From contig JBMZXF010000005.1 of the NCBI GenBank assembly GCA_049627345.1, positions 2,514-66,513 on the forward strand: a stretch of DNA of 64,000 nt, read 5' to 3'. The DNA is from Poseidonia sp. Lineage in GTDB: Archaea > Thermoplasmatota > Poseidoniia > Poseidoniales > Poseidoniaceae. Positions within the stretch are counted from its first letter, which is position 1, and the number at the start of each line of letters is the position of its first letter. The notes under the pieces were generated by a model, which saw only the letters and a list, made by a program, of their open reading frames with translations, ran no database searches and was not told the DNA's origin. Of the stretch, positions 16,901 through 23,654 are shown one piece after another. The position numbers and the translations under genes were made by a program.

Positions 16901-19262
16901 GGTTCGCGGCGTGCTCGGCAACACCCTCCTGAACCAAACCCCGTTGGTGCTTCCTGCAGGAGACCAGCACGGCAGCCGCACCACGGTGAACGTGACCGTT
17001 GTGCCAACATCAAGCGGATACCTTGACCTCCGCGTTCGCTACGTCAACGGAACACCTGAACGTCATTTCGGGAACAACCTCCAGTCCCTGTCGGTCATCG
17101 TGAACGCCCCTCCGAGCATCGAGGACGTGTACTGCAGCGCGTCCTCGCTTTCGCGGGGGGGCTACACGATTTGTTCGGTGGAAACCAGCGATGACATCGG
17201 CGTGGTCAACGCCACGCTAACATGGCAAATCGTTGCTCCGAACGCTACGCTCAACGAAACGATGTGGAACGTGCTCCACCTCGGACCGGTTGGCGAGACA
17301 AGGTGGGAAGGTTCGCTGGTGATTCCAGCCGATGCCGCCCTTGGCGGCGTGGTGCTTCGGGCGACGGTGATGGACGAACAACAGATGGCGGCGACGATGA
17401 CCGTCAACAACGTCACGCAAGTGGTGGATGCCCCCCCAACGTGGTACGGCCCGCACGCTTCGGGCGTTGACCCACCGTCATGGAACAACGCTTCCTTCCT
17501 GCCAAACAAACCACCGATTGGACTGCCCCGGCACGAAACGACGACGCTCACCGCCTGCGTGATGGACGCCGACTACAACCTGAATGCGCCTGCGCCGATG
17601 TTCATGACCAATCGCGGCACGTTGGGCAACACGTCGTACGTGCCTCAATCGGTTGCTCACCTCTACTGCTACACGACGACCTTGGCGCTCGAACAAGGCA
17701 GTGATCTCAACGATGTGGACCTCGAAGTTCGCACCGACGCCGGCTCACTTCTGCTCCAGCGCACCCTGCGGGTGGCCGACCGAGCACCTGTTCTCACGGT
17801 CCACGTTGAATCGACCAACGGCACCGTGCTCGACCGCGTGGTGGGCAACGCCGAGGAACAGGTACGAATTGAAGTGGCCGATGTGGACGACCCGAACACG
17901 TCCTTTGTCGGTGATTTGACATTGCAGTGGCCCGGTGGCGAACCCATTCAACTCCCGCTTGACATCGGTCAGGGTGAGCGAGAGGTGGTGATCTCGCTCG
18001 ACCAACTGATGGTCCCGCTGGAGGGCGGGGATTTGCAGTTGACCGCGAGCGGGCGGGGGATGCACGGTTCAACGGCTTCGGTGAGCCTCAGCGTTCCGTT
18101 CCTTCTCACGCCCCCTGCGATCGTCCTCTTCGAAGCATGCGATGACCAAGGCCAGGTAACGAACATGACCTTTGGGCAGATCGCTACCTTGATCGTCGTC
18201 GTGGAGAGCGACCGACCGCTCCAAAGCACCAGCGCTCAGCTCGCCCAAACAGGGTGGGCCATCAATGCACCGTTGATTGAGGCCCCGACATGGGAGGTAG
18301 CACCGGAGGCTTGCAGGCTCACGGTGCAGGATGATGTGCACCAGGTGTTCTACTTCCGACTCAAATTGGACAACTCCCTGGTCGACGGCGAAGGGAAGGC
18401 GGTGTTCTCCGTAAGCGACCTCGACGGGTTGGTCAAATCTCAATCGCTTGACTTGTACTTCCAACACGCTCCGACGGTCATTGAGGAAGTGGTCTTCTCT
18501 GCGGCGAAACCGGGCAGCGACCTCTCCACCAATTACACGGTCAGCGACCTTGATGGCTTGGAACAGGTGGCGTGCGCGTACAACCTCTACGGCGAAGCGG
18601 GAGAACTCCTGACCCAAGCCGTGGTTACCGGTGGAACTGAAGGGATGTTTACCAATGTCCTGCGATTCCAATACCCCATCCCCCTCAGCCTTGCCAACAC
18701 CACGCTCACGGCCAACCTGACCTGCTTGGATGAACTTCAGCAGGCCTTTGCCTCGTCGGACTCCGTTCTCATCGGTCCTGCTGAAACCTGTGTTGGGTGC
18801 GAGACGGTTGACGACACGCCGCCGAAACCAACCACACAAGGCAACGAGTCGCTTGGTCTGATGCTCATCGGTTTGGGAGGTCTGGCAGCAGCGATGGTGC
18901 TGCTCACCACGGTGCTTCGACGTCGAAGCGTGAACGGTACGGACAAAGCTTGGGGCGACGATGTGTTCGACCCTCTGCAGAACACGGAAGACCTGTTTGA
19001 ACGTGAAGCCGTGTCGGACCTGTTTGCGGAGGAGGTTGACGACTCCTCGGACGTCAGCAGCGACTTGAGCTCGGAGGCCAACGGTGAAACAGAGACCGAA
19101 GAGGCCGTGCCAAGCATCGTTCCGGCAGGGTGGACCCTGGACGCTTACCGCACGTGGTTGGACGGCCCGACGCCCGACGGTTGGACGGACGACCAATGGG
19201 CAACCTATGTTGAGGCGTCCAAAGCCACACTCGCAGAAGCCTCACCTTCATCGGAAGGGTGA
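13920..19262 (+). CDS. Giant secreted, membrane-anchored surface protein (1780 aa) with PA14, LamG-like and CARDB-like modules
   Basis: Signal peptide MSTKAASIAFVGLLLLSLVPPSPAA. PA14-like stretch GIYGEYFDNDG...WGARFSGLIDVPHAGNWTFFINSDDGSEVWVNG...HDFRIEFFQGGGPHGL. Concanavalin/LamG-like stretch LVHHWSFEDGSGATAVDNG...CLWFDGTNDVASV...LVTVFDNGDLRQYMDGVLV. CARDB-like stretch EPTTIEVMVENLGMAASNGTLEV. TM helix LGLMLIGLGGLAAAMVLLTTVL followed by RRRS and a ~115-aa acidic cytoplasmic tail. Dense in N-x-S/T sequons. Confidence 0.9.
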   Translation: MSTKAASIAFVGLLLLSLVPPSPAATSPSSSSLSLGEEGMFHGFLVGEQTDVWNQTPWPSIAVPEGFTYESVIDYSDVGVLINNLSEESQTIGWAFVAARNISLDRVFVFNQSGTPTGETVNRNQFNTYFATPFLEMLQNRSSVNSLNYLVTTKGIPLRVSGGNDKASFDQELSLLGGAYNSTIGANYWGTHDYGPLAGKAMEPFTRSKYGFFLVTRLTGYTVETALDLIERANQSLGNQGTFVLDLATNRNNSGYKFWNDDLYTANTTLSSMGVPVLFDEETEFITNVSNVMGYASWGSNDGNWNRNYLPNSGFDTLDATWQSGSRYWNHTSPTIAPEDNFTWTYQTDTKQGGNGAFEASLRTDCDQDGGKGMQGIYGEYFDNDGVSFSAASMPSLIDRHPDRVQIEPQLNRGASNNAYPGLDDRFKQHWGARFSGLIDVPHAGNWTFFINSDDGSEVWVNGQSLATNYGMHGMQERSGSVNLTAGLHDFRIEFFQGGGPHGLIFSWQGPNTPKAVIPSSAFYVASDKAPKASNLVHHWSFEDGSGATAVDNGTDQANLSLSGMDNTNWRACPDGGCLWFDGTNDVASVNVDDVDGNMTVSQWVWANTTSPSSYASTFAVSDQAGANASFQHMISNQEWHLHNNQTKTFGDVIAQRWTHLVTVFDNGDLRQYMDGVLVREDTYPSGSFTNVDLYKLGVNRAGSAYFEGMIDEVMVWDVALEDHDITALRRTIIDNCTSYTGAGVGVATLETSFAIPADLVDHAWNIYVYGQREGEVNGAFSLSVDGVDSTGTLLSTNTSNAKTFTTSWAYQTMRMRPAAQATALNIKVVLDVESTSTVGSLYIDSVILRAIRPHMDWVNGSIADTAVSTGGRSFNWGTAYGQSLVADLLEDGVSGVKGYVYEPYLTAVGLPSTFMPTYASGYNLAESHAAANLYTGWMAVVVGDPKMAPYVSTLHDVNIVAARSVGFVNLGEPTTIEVMVENLGMAASNGTLEVRGVLGNTLLNQTPLVLPAGDQHGSRTTVNVTVVPTSSGYLDLRVRYVNGTPERHFGNNLQSLSVIVNAPPSIEDVYCSASSLSRGGYTICSVETSDDIGVVNATLTWQIVAPNATLNETMWNVLHLGPVGETRWEGSLVIPADAALGGVVLRATVMDEQQMAATMTVNNVTQVVDAPPTWYGPHASGVDPPSWNNASFLPNKPPIGLPRHETTTLTACVMDADYNLNAPAPMFMTNRGTLGNTSYVPQSVAHLYCYTTTLALEQGSDLNDVDLEVRTDAGSLLLQRTLRVADRAPVLTVHVESTNGTVLDRVVGNAEEQVRIEVADVDDPNTSFVGDLTLQWPGGEPIQLPLDIGQGEREVVISLDQLMVPLEGGDLQLTASGRGMHGSTASVSLSVPFLLTPPAIVLFEACDDQGQVTNMTFGQIATLIVVVESDRPLQSTSAQLAQTGWAINAPLIEAPTWEVAPEACRLTVQDDVHQVFYFRLKLDNSLVDGEGKAVFSVSDLDGLVKSQSLDLYFQHAPTVIEEVVFSAAKPGSDLSTNYTVSDLDGLEQVACAYNLYGEAGELLTQAVVTGGTEGMFTNVLRFQYPIPLSLANTTLTANLTCLDELQQAFASSDSVLIGPAETCVGCETVDDTPPKPTTQGNESLGLMLIGLGGLAAAMVLLTTVLRRRSVNGTDKAWGDDVFDPLQNTEDLFEREAVSDLFAEEVDDSSDVSSDLSSEANGETETEEAVPSIVPAGWTLDAYRTWLDGPTPDGWTDDQWATYVEASKATLAEASPSSEG

Positions 19263-19287
19263 TGTGCTGGCACCACCAGTGGCCACC

Positions 19288-19524
19288 ATGGCCATTGGAT
19301 ACGTCCTCATCAACGTTCAACCCGGAACCGAACAACGCGTCTACGAAGGCGTGCGTGCGCTTCCTCATGTGACGGATGCGACGGTTCTGTTCGGCGATCA
19401 CGATCTGATCGTGAAGTTGGAAGCCGACGACTTGGCCACGATCGCCAAAGCCGTGGTGGAACACATCCGTTCCGTGGAGGGCGTGGTCGACACCAAAACA
19501 CTCGCAGGGGCCGACCTCGATTGA
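19288..19524 (+). CDS. Stand-alone Lrp/AsnC-type ligand-binding (RAM) domain protein, 78 aa
   Basis: ATG at 19288. MAIGYVLINVQPGTEQRVYEGVRALPHVTDATVLFGDHDLIVKLEADD...IRSVEGVVDTKT has the beta-alpha-beta-beta-alpha-beta pattern of AsnC C-terminal domains. Confidence 0.7.
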   Translation: MAIGYVLINVQPGTEQRVYEGVRALPHVTDATVLFGDHDLIVKLEADDLATIAKAVVEHIRSVEGVVDTKTLAGADLD

Positions 19525-19588
19525 GGTCGTTTGAAACCGATGGGCTGCGCCAATGAGGCTGAAAAACACGCTCCGGAATGGGGTACTG

Positions 19589-19621
19589 TGCGCCATATGT
19601 GGCGCAGTATGCGTGTTTTTC
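19589..19621 (+). terminator. Hairpin plus T-run downstream of the RAM-domain gene
   Basis: TGCGCCA-TATG-TGGCGCA (7-bp stem, 19589-19606) followed by the T-run GTGTTTTTC at 19613-19621. Archaeal termination typically uses oligo-T. Confidence 0.35.
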
Positions 19622-19624
19622 GGC

Positions 19625-19637
19625 AAAAATATTATAT
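19625..19637 (+). promoter_or_regulatory. BRE/TATA promoter of the MC1 gene
   Basis: AAAAATATTATAT (purine-rich BRE-like run plus TATA). It lies 37 nt upstream of the ATG at 19674, with a GGAGG Shine-Dalgarno-like motif at 19661-19665. Confidence 0.5.
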
Positions 19638-19673
19638 GCTCTAGGGTGGAACGGTGGACCGGAGGAAATCCAA

Positions 19674-19943
19674 ATGGCAGACGGAAAGAAATACTTCGTT
19701 CTCATGGAGAACGGAAAGGACACCACGCAAGTATTTGCAAGCAAGCAACCCCGCGGTGCAGCCCTCAAGGCTGCAACCCGTGGACACACCGACATCAAAC
19801 TGCGAGAGCGTGGCACCAAGCGTGTTCACCACTTCACTGGCAGCATTTCGATGGTCGACAAGCCCGCTGGCGGTCCTGACTGGCTTCCTGACAAGATCAA
19901 GAAGGCCAACGTCAAGAAGCAAGGCATTCTGCACCTCGACTGA
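19674..19943 (+). CDS. Archaeal chromatin protein MC1
   Basis: ATG at 19674. MADGKKYFVLMENGKDTTQVFASKQPRGAALKAATRG..IKLRERGTKRVHHFTG...VDKPAGGPDWLPDKIKKANVKKQGILHL aligns along its whole length with Methanosarcina MC1 as I remember it (KQPRQAALKAANRG...RLRERGTKKVHVF...PAWMPEKISKPFVKK). Confidence 0.9.
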   Translation: MADGKKYFVLMENGKDTTQVFASKQPRGAALKAATRGHTDIKLRERGTKRVHHFTGSISMVDKPAGGPDWLPDKIKKANVKKQGILHLD

Positions 19944-20002
19944 GGATTGCAGCCTGTGCTGACCCTTCTTCCAGCTCTCTGAGTTGTACAACGGCCTCTC
20001 TG

Positions 20003-20036
20003 GTGCCAAGGCACGAGACAGGCCCCTTCCCTTTTT
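20003..20036 (+). terminator. Hairpin plus T-run downstream of MC1
   Basis: GTGCC-AA-GGCAC at 20003-20014, then CCCTTTTTC with T5 at 20032-20036. Confidence 0.3.
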
Positions 20037-20137
20037 CACCCTCTTCACCGACGAGTTGATAAACACGGCCGGGTACTTCCCGTTGTCCTCAGGGACACGG
20101 GATGCACACCCGCTCCGGCGGGAGGCGGTGACGCCAA

Positions 20138-21223
20138 ATGAACGAACGAGGGATGCGAACGCCACAACCGCAAGCGCGGAGGCCAAGTCAACGTCGCCTC
20201 ACGCAAGAACAGGTGACCCTTCCCGCTCGGCTCATTCACCTCCGCCACCTTCCCTGGCTGGAGTGCTACCGTCGCCAACTGCAAACGGAAAACAAATCCG
20301 AAAACACACAGAAGTCCTACTTTTACGGACTCCGACCGTTGGTCGAAACGGTGCTTCCTGGAGAGGACGTGCTCGACGAAACAACGTACGAGTCCCTCAG
20401 CATTGAGACGCTCGCAGAACGGATGGAACCCATGAACGGTCGCCTTGACCTTTGGGCGCACAGCATCGCGGGCCTCAAACCGACGACCTACAACGCCCGG
20501 ATTGCCGCTGCTCGCCACCTGATTCGTTGGCTCGGGCTGATGTGGCCCGACCATCTTCAGCGGGCACGAACCGGAAAACGCCTGCCAAGGACGTTGACCC
20601 GACGTGAATTGACCTCCGTCCTTGAAGCGGCAGCGCTGAGTGAAGACCCAGCGGCCTCGCTGGTGGTGACCATGATGCTCGATACCGGCATGCGCGTCAG
20701 TGAAATCTGCGAGCTGAACATGGAGGACATCGATTTTGATGATGGGTCCGCTCGCGTTCTGGGCGGCAAAGGCGACAAAGACCGATTGGTGTTGTTCACC
20801 AAGCGGACCGTTGAACGCCTCCAGGCATGGATTCCCATTCGTAGCCGTCTTGCACCCGCATCCGAATCGGCGTGTTTCGTGAACCGGCACGGACGTCGCC
20901 TCCAGCCGCGCGGTGTCCAGCGGATGATGGATTCGCTCGGCCAAGAAGCCAACCTCCCCAAGGGGAAGTTAACCCCGCACGTGCTTCGCCATAACTTCGC
21001 GACCGGGCTGCTCGAACGCGGTGCCGATTTGGTCACCATTCAGCGCTTGATGGGTCACGCCACCATTGCGACCACCCGTGTTTACCTCGAGATTTCCGAC
21101 CAAACCCTGCGAGAGGTCTACCATCGTGCTCAATCCATGCGCGAAGACATGGACGAACGCCCGATGGAAAGCGCCCCTGTTGAGGAGACTACACCGTCCA
21201 CCAGTACGCACGGCATTGTGTGA
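20138..21223 (+). CDS. xerA: Tyrosine recombinase, XerA/XerC-like
   Basis: Catalytic signature in order: DTGMRVSE (Arg), GKGDKDR (Lys), HVLRHNFAT (His-x-x-Arg), LMGHATIATTRVYLE (His, Tyr). Confidence 0.9.
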   Translation: MNERGMRTPQPQARRPSQRRLTQEQVTLPARLIHLRHLPWLECYRRQLQTENKSENTQKSYFYGLRPLVETVLPGEDVLDETTYESLSIETLAERMEPMNGRLDLWAHSIAGLKPTTYNARIAAARHLIRWLGLMWPDHLQRARTGKRLPRTLTRRELTSVLEAAALSEDPAASLVVTMMLDTGMRVSEICELNMEDIDFDDGSARVLGGKGDKDRLVLFTKRTVERLQAWIPIRSRLAPASESACFVNRHGRRLQPRGVQRMMDSLGQEANLPKGKLTPHVLRHNFATGLLERGADLVTIQRLMGHATIATTRVYLEISDQTLREVYHRAQSMREDMDERPMESAPVEETTPSTSTHGIV

Positions 21224-21406
21224 TCATGAGGTCGATTTTTTCCGCTTCATCACCCGTTCAGGACCCACCCAATCTCGGTGCGGATGAATGGTCTTCCCTT
21301 GATGACCCTCGATGGGGCAGTGTTTGCCCGAGCGACAGCGAGAGCAGTTTCCTTTCGGGGGAAGTTCGACCGTCTTGCGAAGGCGACCGTACTTTCGCCT
21401 TGGCAT
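21224..21406 (-). CDS. Possible small basic Zn-ribbon-like protein (60 aa), speculative
   Basis: MPRRKYGRLRKTVELPPKGNCSRCRSGKHCPIEG...: very basic, with C-x-x-C-x5-C. It lies 53 nt downstream of the HhH gene on the same strand, and its stop abuts the xerA stop in a TGATCA junction like three confident gene pairs. Third-position GC is only about 60%. Confidence 0.3.
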   Translation of the reverse strand: MPRRKYGRLRKTVELPPKGNCSRCRSGKHCPIEGHQGKTIHPHRDWVGPERVMKRKKSTS

Positions 21407-21459
21407 GGGAAGAACTTGGCGAGAAGGCCTTCAAAGGTAGCGGTTGAGCATCGGTGGCT

Positions 21460-21963
21460 TCACCGCTTCTTGAACCAGGGCATGTCCTTGACGGACTTTG
21501 GAACACTGATGTTGGAGCCTTTTCGGTCCTTGTCCCTCGACGTTTTCAGGGTCGTTCCTGCCGATTTGGTTTTCTCGACGACCTTTTCGGCCACCTTCTG
21601 GCCTTTTCCAACGGCTTTTTCGGTGGCCGCTTTGGTCGAGGAAGCAGCTTTCTTTGAGGCGGATTTGGCTTTCGTGGCAGCCTTCTTTGAGGCTGATTTC
21701 GCCTTTGAAGCGGCCTTCTTCGCTGCGCCGGCTGCTTTTCCAGTGGCTTTCTTTGCTGTTTCTTTGGTGGAGGTCGCTGCCTTGGCGGCGGCCGAGACCT
21801 TCTTGGCAACAGCGGCCGAGAGCCCTGCTTTTTGGAGGTCGCCGACGCTGGCCTTGGCCAACTTGGCCACGGTCCCCAATTTTGCTGCTGTCAGTTTCTT
21901 TGCCGTTGCTGCACCAACACCGGGCAACGACGTGATGCCCGAACCGCTTGCTTTCCCTGCCAT
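21460..21963 (-). CDS. Helix-hairpin-helix DNA-binding protein with histone-H1-like Lys/Ala-rich tail
   Basis: ATG at 21963 (an alternative ATG at 22017 is in frame). MAGKASGSGITSLPGVGAATAKKLTAAKLGTVAKLAKASVGDLQKAGLS carries two HhH-like units. This is followed by AKKATGKAAGAAKKAASKAKSASKKAATKAKSASKKAAS. Confidence 0.75.
   Translation of the reverse strand: MAGKASGSGITSLPGVGAATAKKLTAAKLGTVAKLAKASVGDLQKAGLSAAVAKKVSAAAKAATSTKETAKKATGKAAGAAKKAASKAKSASKKAATKAKSASKKAASSTKAATEKAVGKGQKVAEKVVEKTKSAGTTLKTSRDKDRKGSNISVPKSVKDMPWFKKR
21645..21723. repeat. Imperfect 33-nt tandem repeat (about 2.3 copies) inside the HhH gene
   Basis: CAGCTTTCTTTGAGGCGGATTTGGCTTTCGTGG and CAGCCTTCTTTGAGGCTGATTTCGCCTTTGAAG match at 26 of 33 positions. 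On the minus strand they encode the repeated KAKSASKKAA(S/T) unit. Confidence 0.6.
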
Positions 21964-22969
21964 GGTTTCACCTGCTCCGTCATGGAATGGGCCCAACTTG
22001 AACCTTCCTGCATCCATCAACGGCGCCCAGAGCCGGTTCCTTCATCAGTGCCTCGGCTGTCCACAGGGTGTCGTGGGGAGTGCCGTGGACGAAGTGGTCA
22101 ATGCAACGCATTCGGTGTTGGTCGCACAAGTGCGGCATGCTGATGCGTCGCACAAAATTGACACAGCACATCAACTGTTGCGCGGCAAGCACTACAGCGG
22201 CCCAAGCCGGGTGGTCTACCTCGGTGATGTCGCCAAGGCCATCTTGGCCCAACTCGCGCATCCTGACACCCCCGTCTTCACCCAAGCCCCCGGTTACAAT
22301 GAGCAACGATGGACGCTCGTAACCAACAGCGGTGACCTTCGCGTGGAAATCCAATCCCTCCCGTACTGGGGTTGGGGGCTGGTGACCTCGGGCTACCTGA
22401 ACGTGATTCGACTGGGTGGACCGCTCGCCGAGCGAGCACGCCTCGTGCTCGACACCTGCAGCGCCCTCGGCCAATCGCCGTGGGAAATGGCTCACTTGAG
22501 AGGGGCGGAACGATGGGCAGGACGGAATCTCAAGGTGAACCTCAAGGAAAACGAGCGGCACTGGCGAGCGCTGCTTGAAACCGGAAAAACCAATTTGAAT
22601 GAATTCATTGAATCCATGCGTACACGGGCCATGGAGGCGTGGTCGGAAACGATTGACGAGGCTGACGAGTGGCGGGCCATCATTGACGACGACCTTCACA
22701 TGGCCCGACAAGCGTTGGCCGAAGACAATGCGCCCGGCGTTGAGCGAGCCATTGCACGCCTTGAGGCGACCCTGATTCAGATGGCAGTCAATCCCGAGGC
22801 CGATTACATCCCTGCTCCAACCACGCGATTTTCTGACGGAACGGACATCATGAGCAAGAACGGCGAACGCGCTGTCGGCGTGCTCGAAGTGAAAGCCTCA
22901 TTGTTGGCCGAAGAAGATGTCCCGTTCGTTGACCTGACACAGGACACCCTCCTTGATGAGGAAGAATGA
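21962..22969 (+). CDS. Hypothetical protein with acidic C-terminus (start uncertain)
   Basis: The track ORF 21278-22969 is antisense to the HhH gene up to about 21960 (F/A-rich artefact). From about 22000 onward the sequence is protein-like with typical third-position GC. Candidate starts: ATG 21962, TTG 21998, GTG 22073. Ends ...VPFVDLTQDTLLDEEE. No family recognised. Confidence 0.6.
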   Translation: MVSPAPSWNGPNLNLPASINGAQSRFLHQCLGCPQGVVGSAVDEVVNATHSVLVAQVRHADASHKIDTAHQLLRGKHYSGPSRVVYLGDVAKAILAQLAHPDTPVFTQAPGYNEQRWTLVTNSGDLRVEIQSLPYWGWGLVTSGYLNVIRLGGPLAERARLVLDTCSALGQSPWEMAHLRGAERWAGRNLKVNLKENERHWRALLETGKTNLNEFIESMRTRAMEAWSETIDEADEWRAIIDDDLHMARQALAEDNAPGVERAIARLEATLIQMAVNPEADYIPAPTTRFSDGTDIMSKNGERAVGVLEVKASLLAEEDVPFVDLTQDTLLDEEE

Positions 22970-23019
22970 ACGACGCGTCGCGTTGATAAGGGGGAGGTCG
23001 CTGGCCACAACCGGTCCCC

Positions 23020-23211
23020 ATGGCGACGAAGAAGAAAAACGACGGCAGCGGCATTCAGCAGGCTGCAGGTTTGATTCGATATTTCGATGAGGAATCCGAA
23101 GAATCTTGGAAGATCACGCCAGCGCAAGTGTACCTTGCATGCATCGGCCTCGGCGGTTTCTTTTACCTTGTCAACCAAGGTGTCGTTCAGGCCATTTGGA
23201 ACCTGTTCTGA
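23020..23211 (+). CDS. secG: Preprotein translocase subunit Sec61-beta (archaeal SecG)
   Basis: 63 aa. Contains the AAGLIRYFDEE signature followed by a single C-terminal TM (VYLACIGLGGFFYLVN), the tail-anchored Sec61-beta architecture. Confidence 0.85.
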   Translation: MATKKKNDGSGIQQAAGLIRYFDEESEESWKITPAQVYLACIGLGGFFYLVNQGVVQAIWNLF

Positions 23212-23213
23212 AG

Positions 23214-23654
23214 CTACAACGGCTGAATCAGCACGACCCGTTGGTCGTTCTCTGCCATGCAACGAGCCACTTCAAGCGCCGTTGAGAGGTCTTCGGTCAC
23301 GCCCAACACCTCTTCGCCGTCGCTCGTTTGAAGGACCAATCGGTGCGTGAGTTCCTGGAGTGTAGCGGCTTCGATTCGTTCAAAGATCCAATGCTCGTTT
23401 TCGATGCGGACCAGCGCTGGAACCTCGGTCAATGGACCCATTTGTTCACCGATACGCTGTGCACGTGACGTGAGTGAAGCGAGGTCCTGAACCGGCCGCC
23501 AAAGTCGTTGACGCAACGGCATGCGTAATTTTCGTCGTGGTTCAACGCCTGCGCGAAAGGCTCGTGCCATAAGGGTCCCATCCCTGAAATCCGAAGATTT
23601 CAGTTGCCGCTTCGCTCGTGCACTCTTAAAGAGCGCGACCGACAGAAGGGTCAA
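23214..23654 (-). CDS. Hypothetical protein (start uncertain)
   Basis: A TTG at 23654 overlaps the upstream gene stop by 4 nt. Alternative ATGs at 23570 and 23522. No motif recognised. Confidence 0.5.
   Translation of the reverse strand: MTLLSVALFKSARAKRQLKSSDFRDGTLMARAFRAGVEPRRKLRMPLRQRLWRPVQDLASLTSRAQRIGEQMGPLTEVPALVRIENEHWIFERIEAATLQELTHRLVLQTSDGEEVLGVTEDLSTALEVARCMAENDQRVVLIQPL

Noticed and set aside
17155-17168. The exact 14-mer GGGGGGGCTACACG, also present at 29438-29451
   Set aside because: Several exact 14-mer coincidences are expected by chance in 64 kb (about 10 pairs counting both strands). The flanks do not extend the match.
18069-19196. A 375-aa minus-strand ORF
   Set aside because: It is antisense to the C-terminal part of the 1780-aa surface protein and has R/H/G/V-rich artefact composition.
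19975-20002. CTCTCTG direct repeats flanking the palindrome TTGTACAA downstream of MC1, as a possible dif or att site
   Set aside because: The arms are direct rather than inverted, and too short to tell from chance. The site does not fit the 11-6-11 layout of Xer sites.
21278-21961. The N-terminal 228 codons of track ORF 21278-22969 (AAFFEADLAFVAAFFEADFAFEAAFF...)
   Set aside because: This Phe/Ala-rich periodic sequence is the antisense image of the Lys/Ala-rich tail of the HhH gene. The minus strand carries a genuine LPGVG helix-hairpin-helix motif.
20138-23019. xerA as a marker of an integrated mobile element or provirus
   Set aside because: I found no flanking direct repeats or att-like duplication by eye, and no capsid, terminase or replication genes. 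GC content matches the surroundings, and the only tRNA is 15 kb away. The gene is best read as the chromosomal XerA dimer-resolution recombinase. I could not identify a dif site with confidence.
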